Positions 15,716 to 25,450 of a stretch of 32,000 bases of DNA are shown piece after piece. Origin of the DNA: Candidatus Arthromitus sp. SFB-mouse-Japan (GTDB lineage Bacteria > Bacillota > Clostridia > Clostridiales > Clostridiaceae); NCBI RefSeq assembly GCF_000270205.1, contig NC_015913.1, positions 420,001-452,000 on the forward strand, in the 5' to 3' direction. The translations under genes and the position numbers were made by a program. Position 1 is the stretch's first letter. Each line of letters starts with the position of its first letter. A model generated the notes under the pieces. The model saw nothing but the letters and a program-made list of their open reading frames with translations, was not told the DNA's origin and did no database searches.

Positions 15716-17983
15716 TTGGAAAAAGGTTATTTAGTTTTTGAGATTAGTAAGGATAATGGAGCAACTCCAGTTTCTAATGCTCAGATAAAGATAGTTAGTA
15801 TTGATGGTCGGGAAGTTAATAAGATACTTGGAGTTAATGAGGATGGTAAAAGCGATAAAATTGAAATTTATACAAAAGATAGTAGTTTAACTTTTGATAA
15901 GTCAAATGAATGCATTCCATATACGGAAGTGGATGCTGAAGTGAGATTTGAAAATGATAAGATAGTAGAGATTAAAGGAATACAAGTTTATTCGGACATT
16001 ACATCTGTTCAAGAACTTAAATTTGATAGTAGAGATTCGTTTAGAAAACATCATAAGGATAAGAAAAGTAAGTCTAAGAAAGAACATATTTGCTTTAAGA
16101 ATGAAGCACCTTGTGTATTAAAATCAAATGAGAATGATGTTAAAATAAAGAGTGGATTGTTAAAAGATGATAAGAGTATAAAACCTGTTGTTAAGGTTGA
16201 AGATCTTTCTATACCCGAGTTTATAACAATACATCTTGGAGAGCCTAATGAAAATGGGGAAATTATAACGGTTCCATTTGTTGATTATATAAAAAATGTT
16301 GTTTGTTCAACTATTTATCCTACATGGAATGATGAAGCTATAAAAGCAAATGTATATGCTATTGTATCTTTATCATTAAATAGGATTTATACAAATTGGT
16401 ATAGAAGTAAGGGCTATGGATTTGAAATTACAAGTAGTCCAAGTTATGACCAAATGTATGTCAAAGGTAGGAATTTATTTAGAAATGTTTGTAATATTGT
16501 AGATGATATATTTGATAAGTGCATTAAGGTTAATGGATTTCATCAACCTTTTCTTGCTAAGTGTGATAATGTAACTAGTGATTATAGAGTATTATCAAGA
16601 TGGGGAAGTTTTAGGCTTGCTGAAGATGGGATGGATGCCTTAAATATATTAAAAAAATATTTTGGAGATAATATTGAACTTATAGAGGTTCCAAATATTG
16701 AGTGCATTATTAAGAAATATCCGGATAGAGAATTACATCAGGGAAGTTATGGAAAAGATGTTAAGTTTCTTCAGAAAGCTCTGAATTTGATTGGATCAAA
16801 ATATCAGGGGATATCCAAAATATCGGATATTACTGGGAATTTTGGAGAGCAGACAGAGAAAGCTGTGAGAGATTTCCAAAAAATATTCAATTTAAAAGTT
16901 GATGGAATAGTTGGGAAGAAAACTTGGAAGAAGATATGTTTAGTTTATTCACTGATTAAAAGATTGTTTGGAGATTATAATGATGTTGAAGAGGGAGCAA
17001 TTAATAATGTGTCACTAAGGTTTGGGAATGAGGGACCTTTAGTTAAAGAACTTCAGCATGATTTAAACGATATTTTGAAGTATACTTCTTGGCATGAAAA
17101 GTTAGAAGAAGATGGAATTTTTGGGGAAAAGACTAAAAAATCAGTTGAAGATTTCCAAAAAATATTTGGGTTAATTGTTGATGGAATTGTAGGTAAGGAT
17201 ACATCTTCTAGGATTAAATACGTTAAGAAAAATATAAAGAGTCTACAAGATTTTATAAAAAATAGTTTAGATAAAAATAAGAGAGATGATAAGGGTTCTT
17301 GTTCGCATGAAAATAGAAATGAAGATAAAAAATTTGAAGCTATACTACCAATTAAGTATGGAGATAAGGGGAAACACATAGAAAAACTTCAGGAGCTATT
17401 TAATACTGTGTCTAAATATTATAATTTTTTAGATACTTTAGTTAAAGATGGAATTTTTGGTCCTAATATGGAAAGATTTATAAAAAATTTCCAAAGGAGA
17501 TTTGGACTAATTGTTGATGGAATTGTTGGGAATGAAACTTTAACTAAGTTGAAAGCTCTTGAAAATGCAATAACTGAATTTAATATGGATTATGAATTAA
17601 AAAAAAATGATAAGCAAAAAAATGATGTTAAAGAAGATAATAAGACCGATCTAGAGAGATTATATAGGCAAGAGGAGAGTGAAATTTTTAGTGGATCTTT
17701 TAGATCTGAAATTTCTATGGAGTATCCAGGATTTGAATTAGAATTTGGAGATGTGTGCGGATATGTGACTTTGGCTCAACAATATATAAATTTTATAAGA
17801 AGTAATTCTATAGGGTACTTTAAAACTAATGTTGAACTTAAGGATGATGGAGTATTTGGGGAGAATACATTAGCCTATATAAATGAAATTCAAGACAAAT
17901 TTATGTTTAATAGATCACGAAAAATTAATAAGGATGTTTGGAATAGATTAGTTTTGGAATATGAAAAAATTTATAAAGAATAG
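15716..17983 (+). CDS. sleC: SleC-like spore cortex-lytic enzyme homologue with four PG_binding_1 domains
   Basis: TTG start with GGGTG upstream. Residues ~165-325 (IPEFITIHLGEPNE..ITVPFVDYIKNVVCSTIYPTWNDEAIKANVYAIVSLSLNRIYTNWYRSKGYGFEITSS.SYDQ) closely resemble the clostridial SleC catalytic region. Four PG-binding repeats (..DGIFG..T...V..FQ..FGL.VDGIVG..T) lie at nt 16733-16936, 17012-17215, 17348-17551 and 17732-17950. Confidence 0.7.
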   Translation: MEKGYLVFEISKDNGATPVSNAQIKIVSIDGREVNKILGVNEDGKSDKIEIYTKDSSLTFDKSNECIPYTEVDAEVRFENDKIVEIKGIQVYSDITSVQELKFDSRDSFRKHHKDKKSKSKKEHICFKNEAPCVLKSNENDVKIKSGLLKDDKSIKPVVKVEDLSIPEFITIHLGEPNENGEIITVPFVDYIKNVVCSTIYPTWNDEAIKANVYAIVSLSLNRIYTNWYRSKGYGFEITSSPSYDQMYVKGRNLFRNVCNIVDDIFDKCIKVNGFHQPFLAKCDNVTSDYRVLSRWGSFRLAEDGMDALNILKKYFGDNIELIEVPNIECIIKKYPDRELHQGSYGKDVKFLQKALNLIGSKYQGISKISDITGNFGEQTEKAVRDFQKIFNLKVDGIVGKKTWKKICLVYSLIKRLFGDYNDVEEGAINNVSLRFGNEGPLVKELQHDLNDILKYTSWHEKLEEDGIFGEKTKKSVEDFQKIFGLIVDGIVGKDTSSRIKYVKKNIKSLQDFIKNSLDKNKRDDKGSCSHENRNEDKKFEAILPIKYGDKGKHIEKLQELFNTVSKYYNFLDTLVKDGIFGPNMERFIKNFQRRFGLIVDGIVGNETLTKLKALENAITEFNMDYELKKNDKQKNDVKEDNKTDLERLYRQEESEIFSGSFRSEISMEYPGFELEFGDVCGYVTLAQQYINFIRSNSIGYFKTNVELKDDGVFGENTLAYINEIQDKFMFNRSRKINKDVWNRLVLEYEKIYKE

Positions 17984-18094
17984 TTGAATTTATAAGATTT
18001 TCTAGCATTATTTTAATGTTTAGGAAATCTTTTAATTTTTAATATGTTAAAATGTTATATAATAGAGTTGAATATGTAGATATAGAGGTGTAGA

Positions 18095-18709
18095 ATGATA
18101 AAGTCAAATTTCATTAAGAAGAGTGCGTCATTTGTAGCTGTCATAATGTTATTTTTATTTACCTTGATTTCATGTGGGTCAAATCATCAGAAAAATGTAG
18201 TTGATGATTTTTTAAATCATTTAAAAGATGGAAAATTTGAAGAGAGTTTAGTATATCTATCTGATAATGAATCTAAGGAAATGTATGTTAAATATATAGA
18301 AAGTTTAACAAGTATGGATGATTTGGATGATGATACAAAAAAGATTTATGATGTTGTAAAAAGTAAGGTTATGGATTTTACATATAGTATAGGGGAGTCC
18401 CAAGATATTACTGATGATAGAATAAAGATTAAGGTAACTATAAATAACTTTAATTTATATGATGCGTATAAAAAAACGCTTCAACATATTTTATCAGAAG
18501 TTCTAGTTGATCAAGATGCAAGTAATGTATCAAATACAGAGAATATTTCTAATTTATTTATTTCATACGTAGAAGAGCTTAAAAGAGAGAGTAATAATGG
18601 GGAATTTACATTAATTAAGCAAGGTGATAATTGGGTTATAGAATTAGATGATGAAGCGTTATCTATTTTATTTTCGAGTTATTTAGATATGATTAATTAT
18701 TTGAATTAG
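18095..18709 (+). CDS. Lipoprotein of unknown function
   Basis: Signal peptide ending in the lipobox LISC|GS. GAGGTG RBS. Confidence 0.65.
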   Translation: MIKSNFIKKSASFVAVIMLFLFTLISCGSNHQKNVVDDFLNHLKDGKFEESLVYLSDNESKEMYVKYIESLTSMDDLDDDTKKIYDVVKSKVMDFTYSIGESQDITDDRIKIKVTINNFNLYDAYKKTLQHILSEVLVDQDASNVSNTENISNLFISYVEELKRESNNGEFTLIKQGDNWVIELDDEALSILFSSYLDMINYLN

Positions 18710-18863
18710 GATTTAGATTTATTGTATTATTAGTATAATTGATCAAAAATTAACGAATAATAGAGATTATAAAAAATTTTTTAAGATTTATGTTTTTTAA
18801 TTAATAAAGTGTGTTATAGTATATAGGGAAAATATGTTAAAGGATTTTAGGAGGATGAAGCAT

Positions 18864-20198
18864 TTGAGTAAGATTGTTTTTATTGGAGCTAATCATGCTG
18901 GTACGGCAGCTATTAATACTGTTTTAGATAATTATAAAGATAAAGAAGTTGTAGTTTTCGATAGAAATTCAAATATAAGTTTCTTGGGATGTGGAATGGC
19001 ACTTTGGATTGGTAATGTAATTGATGGTCCAGAAGGATTATTTTATTCTTCTAAAGAGAAGATGGAGGCTAAAGGTGCAAAAGTGCACATGGAGACTGAG
19101 ATAGAGGACATAGATTTTGATAATAAAGTTATAACTGGAAGAAATAAAAATGGAGAAGAAATTAAGGAAAGTTATGATAAATTAATATTAGCTACTGGAT
19201 CTCTTCCGATTTCTCCAAATATACCAGGAAAAGATCTTGATAATGTTCAATTTGTTAAATTATATCAAGATGCAGCTCAAACAATAGAGAGGCTTAAGGA
19301 TCCTAGTATAAAGAAAATAACTGTTATTGGTGCAGGATATATTGGAGTTGAGCTTGCTGAGGCATTTGAAAGACATGGTAAGAATGTAACTTTATTAGAT
19401 TTAGCATCAACTTGTTTGGAAAGATATTATGATGAGCCATTTACAAAAATGATGGAAAAGAATCTTTCAGATAATAATATAAATTTGAGATTTGGTGAGA
19501 AGGTTGTTGAACTCAAAGGTAATGGAAAAGTTGAAAAGGTTGTAACGGATAAAGGTGAAATAGATGCTGATATGGTTGTGTTGGCGATTGGATTTTTACC
19601 AAATACATCTATTGGGAAAGGTAAGATAGAGACAATAGGAAATGGTGCATTTAAGGTTAACCTAAAGGGTCAGACTAATATTAAAGATGTTTATGCTATA
19701 GGTGATTGTGCAACTATTTATGATAATTCGAAGGATCAAACTAGTTATATAGCACTTGCATCAAATGCTGTTAGAACTGGAATAGTTGCAGCTCATAATG
19801 CTTGTGGTACAGAAATTGATTCAATTGGGGTACAAGGATCTAATGGTATTTCAATATATGGATTGAATATGGTTTCTACAGGTTTGACTGTAAATACTGC
19901 TAAAATGTTTGGATTTGAACCAGAGTATACCGAATATGAGGATTCTCAAAAGCCAGCATTTATGAAACACAATAATAATAATGTTAAGGTTAGAATTGTT
20001 TATGATAAGAAGACTAGGAGAATATTAGGGGCACAAATGGCATCTAAGCAAGATATATCTATGGGTATACATATGTTCTCTTTAGCTATACAAGAGAAAG
20101 TTACCATAGATAAATTAAGATTGTTAGATTTATTCTTCTTGCCACACTTTAATCAACCATATAATTATATAACAATGGCTGCTCTTACAGCTAAGTAA
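18864..20198 (+). CDS. nox: NADH oxidase / peroxidase family flavoprotein (Nox type, redox-active Cys)
   Basis: [14 protein letters not shown] motif at the N-terminus, [10 protein letters not shown] (Cys42-type), a second Rossmann [13 protein letters not shown], and YAIGDCA. AGGAGG (18849-18854) is 9 nt before TTG 18864. ATG 18834 from the ORF track would add 10 atypical residues. Confidence 0.8.
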   Translation: MSKIVFIGANHAGTAAINTVLDNYKDKEVVVFDRNSNISFLGCGMALWIGNVIDGPEGLFYSSKEKMEAKGAKVHMETEIEDIDFDNKVITGRNKNGEEIKESYDKLILATGSLPISPNIPGKDLDNVQFVKLYQDAAQTIERLKDPSIKKITVIGAGYIGVELAEAFERHGKNVTLLDLASTCLERYYDEPFTKMMEKNLSDNNINLRFGEKVVELKGNGKVEKVVTDKGEIDADMVVLAIGFLPNTSIGKGKIETIGNGAFKVNLKGQTNIKDVYAIGDCATIYDNSKDQTSYIALASNAVRTGIVAAHNACGTEIDSIGVQGSNGISIYGLNMVSTGLTVNTAKMFGFEPEYTEYEDSQKPAFMKHNNNNVKVRIVYDKKTRRILGAQMASKQDISMGIHMFSLAIQEKVTIDKLRLLDLFFLPHFNQPYNYITMAALTAK

Positions 20199-20200
20199 TA

Positions 20201-20236
20201 AATAAAGAAACCTATCTTAAGATAGGTTTCTTTATT
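20201..20236. terminator. Bidirectional terminator between convergent nox and asparaginase genes
   Basis: Perfect 16-bp stem aataaagaaacctatc/gataggtttctttatt with a ttaa loop, and A/T tracts on both sides. Confidence 0.75.
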
Positions 20237-21175
20237 TTAATCATATTTATAGTTTGATATCCATTTTTCATCAGCTTCAAAAATTTCCATTTTTGAATTG
20301 TTATTCTTGCATATTAATATTTTTGTTTGTGAAAATTCATTTGTTACTACGAATGGAAATTCATCTCTATTGGTTGCCACTCCGAAATTTCCATTTTTAT
20401 CTAAGGCTATTACAGACATACTGCCAGCTTTATATTTTGATAAATTAAACCTTTCAGTATGTTCTTTTATAGCATCTTCACATGATGATTGAATATCTTG
20501 TTTAAGTTTCATGCGATTAATTATTGAAATCGAAAGGCATCCTTTCATGATATCTTCTCCAACACCAGTTGCAGCAGCCCCACCAACTAGTGAATCACAA
20601 TAAAAACCGGATCCTATGACAGATGAATCTCCTACACGTCCTGCCTTTTTTAAAAATAAACCAGAAGTAGATACCCCAACAGCCATATTTTTATTTGAAT
20701 CTAAACCTATCATGCATACTGTATCATGTCCATCGTATGCTTCTAAGTTGTCCAAATCGAAATTATTTTTTATCTCATGTTTCCATCTATTGATACAATC
20801 ATCATTTAACATATTTTTAAATTCAAATTTGTTTATGTGTGCAAATTTTTCTGCTCCAATAGAGCTTAAATAACAATTTCTTTTAAATTTACTTAAAGCT
20901 ATTGCAACTTTTATAGGATTTTTAATATTTTTAACTGAACATATGGCACCAAATGATAAGTCATTACCATCCATAAAAGCAGCATCAAATTCTAGTTCCC
21001 CTTCAATATTTGGTAGACTTCCAAAACCAACAGAATTGAATGATGGATTATCTTCAGTTAGTGATATAGCTTTATCAATTGCATCTTTTATGTTGCCATT
21101 ATTTTTTAAAATATTTTCACCGAGTTTGATACCATCAAAAGCCATTTTCCAAGTTCCAATCATTGAATACTTCAT
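20237..21175 (-). CDS. Ntn-hydrolase of the asparaginase-2 family (glycosylasparaginase / isoaspartyl peptidase)
   Basis: GHDTVCMIGLD autoprocessing motif, GRVGDSSVIGSGFY, GGAAATGVGEDIM. Confidence 0.85.
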   Translation of the reverse strand: MKYSMIGTWKMAFDGIKLGENILKNNGNIKDAIDKAISLTEDNPSFNSVGFGSLPNIEGELEFDAAFMDGNDLSFGAICSVKNIKNPIKVAIALSKFKRNCYLSSIGAEKFAHINKFEFKNMLNDDCINRWKHEIKNNFDLDNLEAYDGHDTVCMIGLDSNKNMAVGVSTSGLFLKKAGRVGDSSVIGSGFYCDSLVGGAAATGVGEDIMKGCLSISIINRMKLKQDIQSSCEDAIKEHTERFNLSKYKAGSMSVIALDKNGNFGVATNRDEFPFVVTNEFSQTKILICKNNNSKMEIFEADEKWISNYKYD

Positions 21176-21338
21176 AAGTTTACCTCTATTTTATATATTT
21201 TCTAGTTAAATATATAAAGATATATTCTTAAAGTCAACCTAAAAAATTTTAAAAAAATAATTGTATAAAAAATTTTAAAAATGGAATTAATTAAATATCC
21301 TTAATTTTTACTATAACTTACTATACAAATTTTTTAAG

Positions 21339-21377
21339 TTCCTAGCTTGTATTATGAGCTAGGAATTTTTATTTTTT
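21339..21377 (+). terminator. Orphan plus-strand intrinsic terminator (or attenuator) in an intergenic region
   Basis: ttcctagct-(9 nt)-agctaggaa followed by tttttatttttt. There is no plus-strand gene upstream. Confidence 0.5.
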
Positions 21378-21460
21378 ACGATTTACTTAAAATAAACTGA
21401 TAATAGTACGAAAGATATATAAACATAAATTGTTAATTTTTAAGATTGAGCGGAGTGAGT

Positions 21461-22462
21461 GAAATGCGGACTTGTGAATTTTGTAAATCTATTATATCTG
21501 ATGATTTAAAAGTATGTGATAATTGTATTAGCAAGGTTAATGGACTCAGAGAAATACTTGGTAAGAATAAGGAAGAATCGCTTTTAGAAGATCAAGAAAT
21601 TAAGGAAAAAACTAGGATAGATAAAGAAGAGAGCAAAAAATTTAAACGTGAACTGAGTATGTTGGCTTTTATAATTTTCGTACTTGTTATTTGTATATTC
21701 TTGGTATCTTCTCAAAGGAAGTATTACATGGAAGAGAATATGATGTATGAAAATATACAAGATAATTTGAATAATAGAGAATATGATGAAGCCCTGTATA
21801 AAATTGATAATTTACTTAAAAATACATTAAATACAAATTATAAAAAAGAACTTACACAGATTAAAAATGACATTAAGTATGACAAAGAATTTGCTAGTAA
21901 AGGGTTTGGAAATTTAAATTCACATAATGATTATAAAGAATTTAATTCTATTTATTATAATGGAAATGATGACTTAAATTTGAATAGTCAACAAAATGAT
22001 TTAGTTGGAAATGGACTCTATTATAATTTCAATTCATTGTATGGACAAGTATCTAACATTGAAAATGATGATCAGATATTATCAAATTACTCAAATAATA
22101 TATTAAACAAAGATTTGAACTCTCAAACAGATTTTAAAGGGGAAGTAGGAGACATAGAAGATTATATAGATGTTACAGATGAAGAAAAGCAAAAGTTTGT
22201 AAAAATAAGCAAATATATAGTTAATTTATCTCATGAATTCTCGATTGTGACGAGATTTCCAAGTATTAAAACGAATATGAAAGATTGGATTATTCAAAGG
22301 AATGGAGATATGATTAGGATCAGATCTTATTTGACATATATAAGTGAGTATTCATCAATTATTAAAGATACGTTTGAGATAATTTTGAGAGAAGATACTG
22401 GAGGTTATAAACTTATTGATTTATTTATAAATGAAAATAGAATTAAAAATTTAGTTTATTGA
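21461..22462 (+). CDS. Zinc-ribbon / single-TM protein with an N/Y/D-rich extracytoplasmic domain
   Basis: MRTCEFCKS...CDNC (CxxC-x11-CxxC), a charged linker, a TM segment (LSMLAFIIFVLVICIFLVSS), then about 250 aa of unknown fold. GAGCGGAGTGAG upstream makes ATG 21461 more likely than TTG 21446. Confidence 0.6.
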   Translation, partial: EMRTCEFCKSIISDDLKVCDNCISKVNGLREILGKNKEESLLEDQEIKEKTRIDKEESKKFKRELSMLAFIIFVLVICIFLVSSQRKYYMEENMMYENIQDNLNNREYDEALYKIDNLLKNTLNTNYKKELTQIKNDIKYDKEFASKGFGNLNSHNDYKEFNSIYYNGNDDLNLNSQQNDLVGNGLYYNFNSLYGQVSNIENDDQILSNYSNNILNKDLNSQTDFKGEVGDIEDYIDVTDEEKQKFVKISKYIVNLSHEFSIVTRFPSIKTNMKDWIIQRNGDMIRIRSYLTYISEYSSIIKDTFEIILREDTGGYKLIDLFINENRIKNLVY

Positions 22463-22551
22463 AAAAATTATGCCCTTTAAATTTTATAATAATTGGTTTA
22501 AAATGTTTGTTACCAAATAATTAATATATTTAAGAAAAAGGAGTTAATTTT

Positions 22552-23181
22552 ATGTATGACAAAAAGAGAGCATTGTTTTTAACTAAATTGGCTATTTTAA
22601 TTGCAATAGAAATTATAATAGCAGTTACGCCTCTTGGATCATTACCTGCTATAGGTCTAATTGTTATGACACTTGCACATATTCCAGTTATAATTGGTGC
22701 TATTGTACTTGGAATAAAAGGTGGATTAATAATGGGGTTTGTGTATGGTCTTCTCAGTTTTCTTGTGTGGACATTTATGCCGCCTTCACCGATAGCATTT
22801 TTATTTACTCCATTTTATTCGCTTGGAGAAATCAGTGGTAACTTTTTTAGCTTGGTTATTTGCTTTGTACCGAGAATATTGATCGGATTATTAACTTATT
22901 TTTTCATAGCAATTATATTTAAAAATGTTAAAAGTTTATTTTTTAAGACTTTTATTGGTGCTACGATAGCAAATTTTATTTGTTCAGTTATTCTTCTTAC
23001 ACTTGTTTATGTGTTTTTTGGACAAGAATATGCTATGGCTTTAAATGCTCCATACGAAGCTTTAATAGGAATAATAACAACTACGATAGTGACTAGTGGA
23101 ATTCCTGAAAGTATACTTGGAGGATTGGTAGCATATGGAGTAGCGAAAGTATACAAGGGAGACACTAACTTGGTGGATTAA
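22552..23181 (+). CDS. ECF-transporter substrate-specific (S) component, probably pantothenate (PanT-like)
   Basis: About 6 TM over 209 aa, with an N-terminal LTKLAILIAIEIIIAVTPLG typical of ECF S components. Specificity is inferred from the adjacent pantothenate kinase. Confidence 0.65.
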   Translation: MYDKKRALFLTKLAILIAIEIIIAVTPLGSLPAIGLIVMTLAHIPVIIGAIVLGIKGGLIMGFVYGLLSFLVWTFMPPSPIAFLFTPFYSLGEISGNFFSLVICFVPRILIGLLTYFFIAIIFKNVKSLFFKTFIGATIANFICSVILLTLVYVFFGQEYAMALNAPYEALIGIITTTIVTSGIPESILGGLVAYGVAKVYKGDTNLVD

Positions 23182-23183
23182 TT

Positions 23184-24011
23184 ATGAAAATAGTTTTAGG
23201 AATAGATGCAGGGGCATCTACAACGAAAATAGTTGGATTTAGGGAAAATATTAAAGTAGGATCTATTCAAGTTAATGCAGAAGATCAACTTACATCTATT
23301 TATGGAGCAATAGGTAAATTTTTAAATTTATATAGTATTTCTCTCAAAGATGTTTATTCTATTGTGTTAACTGGAGTTGGAAGTTCATTTATTTTAGATG
23401 ATATATATGGGATAAAAACTTATAGAGTAAATGAGTTTGATGCTATTGGATATGGAGGGCTTTATTTATCACAAAAGAAATTAGCACTAGTAGTAAGTAT
23501 GGGGACAGGTACGGCATATGTAAAGGCTTGTGATGACTCTATGATACATATTGGTGGTAGCGGAGTTGGGGGAGGAACATTGCTTGGATTGTCTTCTATA
23601 CTATTGGGTACTAAAGATATTGATATAATTAATGGATATTTTAAATCTGGACAATTAAAAAATGTAGACTTAAGTATAGGAGATATATGTAATGAACCTA
23701 TTCCTTCTCTTCCTTTAGATTTAACAGCTTCAAATTTTGGGAATATTTTGGTAAATGCTAGTAAAAGTGATTTGTCGATTGGAATACTAAATATGATTTG
23801 CCAGACTATAGGACTTCTTGCTATATTTTATGTTAAAAATGACGATATCAAAGATATTGTTCTTACAGGAACTTTAAGTAAGTTTTCTGTTATAAGACAG
23901 ATATTCGATAGACTTGAATTGCTTCATAACGTAAAATTTATTATACCAAATGACTCTACATTTGCAATATCCATGGGTGCAATTATTTATTATAATAAGT
24001 TTTTTAGATAA
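23184..24011 (+). CDS. coaW: Type II pantothenate kinase (CoaW-like, ASKHA fold)
   Basis: MKIVLGIDAGASTTKIVGF phosphate-1 motif, SMGTGTA, GGSGVGGGTLLGL. Starts 2 nt after the upstream stop. Confidence 0.6.
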   Translation: MKIVLGIDAGASTTKIVGFRENIKVGSIQVNAEDQLTSIYGAIGKFLNLYSISLKDVYSIVLTGVGSSFILDDIYGIKTYRVNEFDAIGYGGLYLSQKKLALVVSMGTGTAYVKACDDSMIHIGGSGVGGGTLLGLSSILLGTKDIDIINGYFKSGQLKNVDLSIGDICNEPIPSLPLDLTASNFGNILVNASKSDLSIGILNMICQTIGLLAIFYVKNDDIKDIVLTGTLSKFSVIRQIFDRLELLHNVKFIIPNDSTFAISMGAIIYYNKFFR

Positions 24012-24093
24012 ATTTAATCTTGAAAATTGTATATTTATGTAGATAAAGGAAATAATCTTTTTAAGAGATATTATTTTCCGGAGGGAATATTAT

Positions 24094-24615
24094 ATGGTAA
24101 AGAATATAGTAATGTTGTGTGTGAGTCTTCTATTGTTGATGTTTTTAGTTAGTAATAAAGTTTCAGCACTTAAAGATAATACGCAGGAGTATTGTGTTGA
24201 TAGTGAGATGTATTTTTTAAATAGTATTGGGATTGATAAGCTTAGGAATAATTTTGTGGATAAGTTTATTATTTTAGACGCTGATACTGAGAAAAATAAT
24301 ATTTTGATACGTGAAAATAGAGAATTAAATAATAAAATTAAAAAAAGATTAGATGAAATAAAAGTTGAGATTGGGAATAATATATGGAAAGAAATTAGAA
24401 ATTATAAAAATGAAATAAATGATAATAAGATATCTACAAGAAATAGAATTAAGCAATTGATAAATGATCAAAAGCAGATTTTAGAGCTTGAAAATTATAG
24501 TGACGAATCTCTTTCGGAATTTATAAATGTGCTTATAAATGCTCAAAAGCTTAAACGAGAGAGTATCGAGTTTGAGAAAATACATTTAAATAAAATAAAT
24601 GATTTGATATTATGA
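24094..24615 (+). CDS. Secreted/anchored coiled-coil protein, unknown function
   Basis: N-terminal signal/TM segment (VMLCVSLLLLMFLVSNKVSA), then a K/E/N-rich heptad-like sequence. GGAGGG RBS. Confidence 0.55.
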   Translation: MVKNIVMLCVSLLLLMFLVSNKVSALKDNTQEYCVDSEMYFLNSIGIDKLRNNFVDKFIILDADTEKNNILIRENRELNNKIKKRLDEIKVEIGNNIWKEIRNYKNEINDNKISTRNRIKQLINDQKQILELENYSDESLSEFINVLINAQKLKRESIEFEKIHLNKINDLIL

Positions 24616-24617
24616 GA

Positions 24618-24647
24618 GTAAAGGCATATCTTGCCTTTACTTTTTTT
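24618..24647 (+). terminator. Rho-independent terminator
   Basis: gtaaaggca-tatct-tgcctttac followed by ttttttt. Confidence 0.75.
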
Positions 24648-24684
24648 AGTGTTAGAAATAATTTGGATTAAGGGGTGTACAAGA

Positions 24685-25425
24685 ATGGTATCTATAATAT
24701 CTCCTTCTATTATGATGAAAGAGGTAGACGATAATCATAAAAATCTAACTATACCGGTCTATATTGAAAAAACTAAGGAAATAGTAGATAAAATTAACTC
24801 GATGAGTGATGAAGAGATGAGTAAGTTAATGGTAATAGATGGAGATTTATTAAGAATTAATAGATTTAGGTATAATAAGTTTAGATTTGATTCAAATGGA
24901 AGTCCGGCAATTTTATCTTATACAGGAAGTGTATATAAAAATATTAATGCTAATGTATTTGATATAAATGATATAGAATTTTGTAAAGAACATATAAGAA
25001 TTTTAAGTGGACTCTATGGGATTTTAAGACCTTATGATAGCATATACGAATATAGACTTGAGCTTAAGAGTAAATTAAGAATCGGAAAATTTAAAGATCT
25101 TTATGGATATTTTGGAGAATGTATTTATCAAAATCTTGTAAAACATGATAGGGAAATATTAAATTTGTGTTCAAATGAGTATAGTAAGGCTATAATTCCA
25201 TATTTGTGTAGTAAGGATATGTTTATAACGTGTAGTTTTAAGATTAAGAGAAATAATATCATTAAATCTTATGCAATGGATTCCAAGATAACACGAGGGA
25301 AAATGGTTAATTTCATTATAAAAAATAAAATTGATAAATATGAAATGTTAAAAGAATTTGATGACAATGGATATTTATTTGATAAGGCATTATCAAATAA
25401 ATATGAATATGTATTTACAAAGTAG
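24685..25425 (+). CDS. yaaA: YaaA-family (DUF328/UPF0246) peroxide-stress protein
   Basis: MVSIISPS..M N-terminus, YTGSVYK, ILSGLYGILRP.D.I..YRLE. AAGGGG RBS precedes ATG 24685. The track start at 24631 lies inside the upstream terminator. Confidence 0.8.
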   Translation: MVSIISPSIMMKEVDDNHKNLTIPVYIEKTKEIVDKINSMSDEEMSKLMVIDGDLLRINRFRYNKFRFDSNGSPAILSYTGSVYKNINANVFDINDIEFCKEHIRILSGLYGILRPYDSIYEYRLELKSKLRIGKFKDLYGYFGECIYQNLVKHDREILNLCSNEYSKAIIPYLCSKDMFITCSFKIKRNNIIKSYAMDSKITRGKMVNFIIKNKIDKYEMLKEFDDNGYLFDKALSNKYEYVFTK

Positions 25426-25450
25426 AGGTACTCATAATTGAGTATCTCTA
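25423..25450. terminator. Hairpin between convergent yaaA and ZIP genes
   Basis: tagaggtactca-taat-tgagtatctcta (one G-U pair). The flanking T-tracts are weak. Confidence 0.45.
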
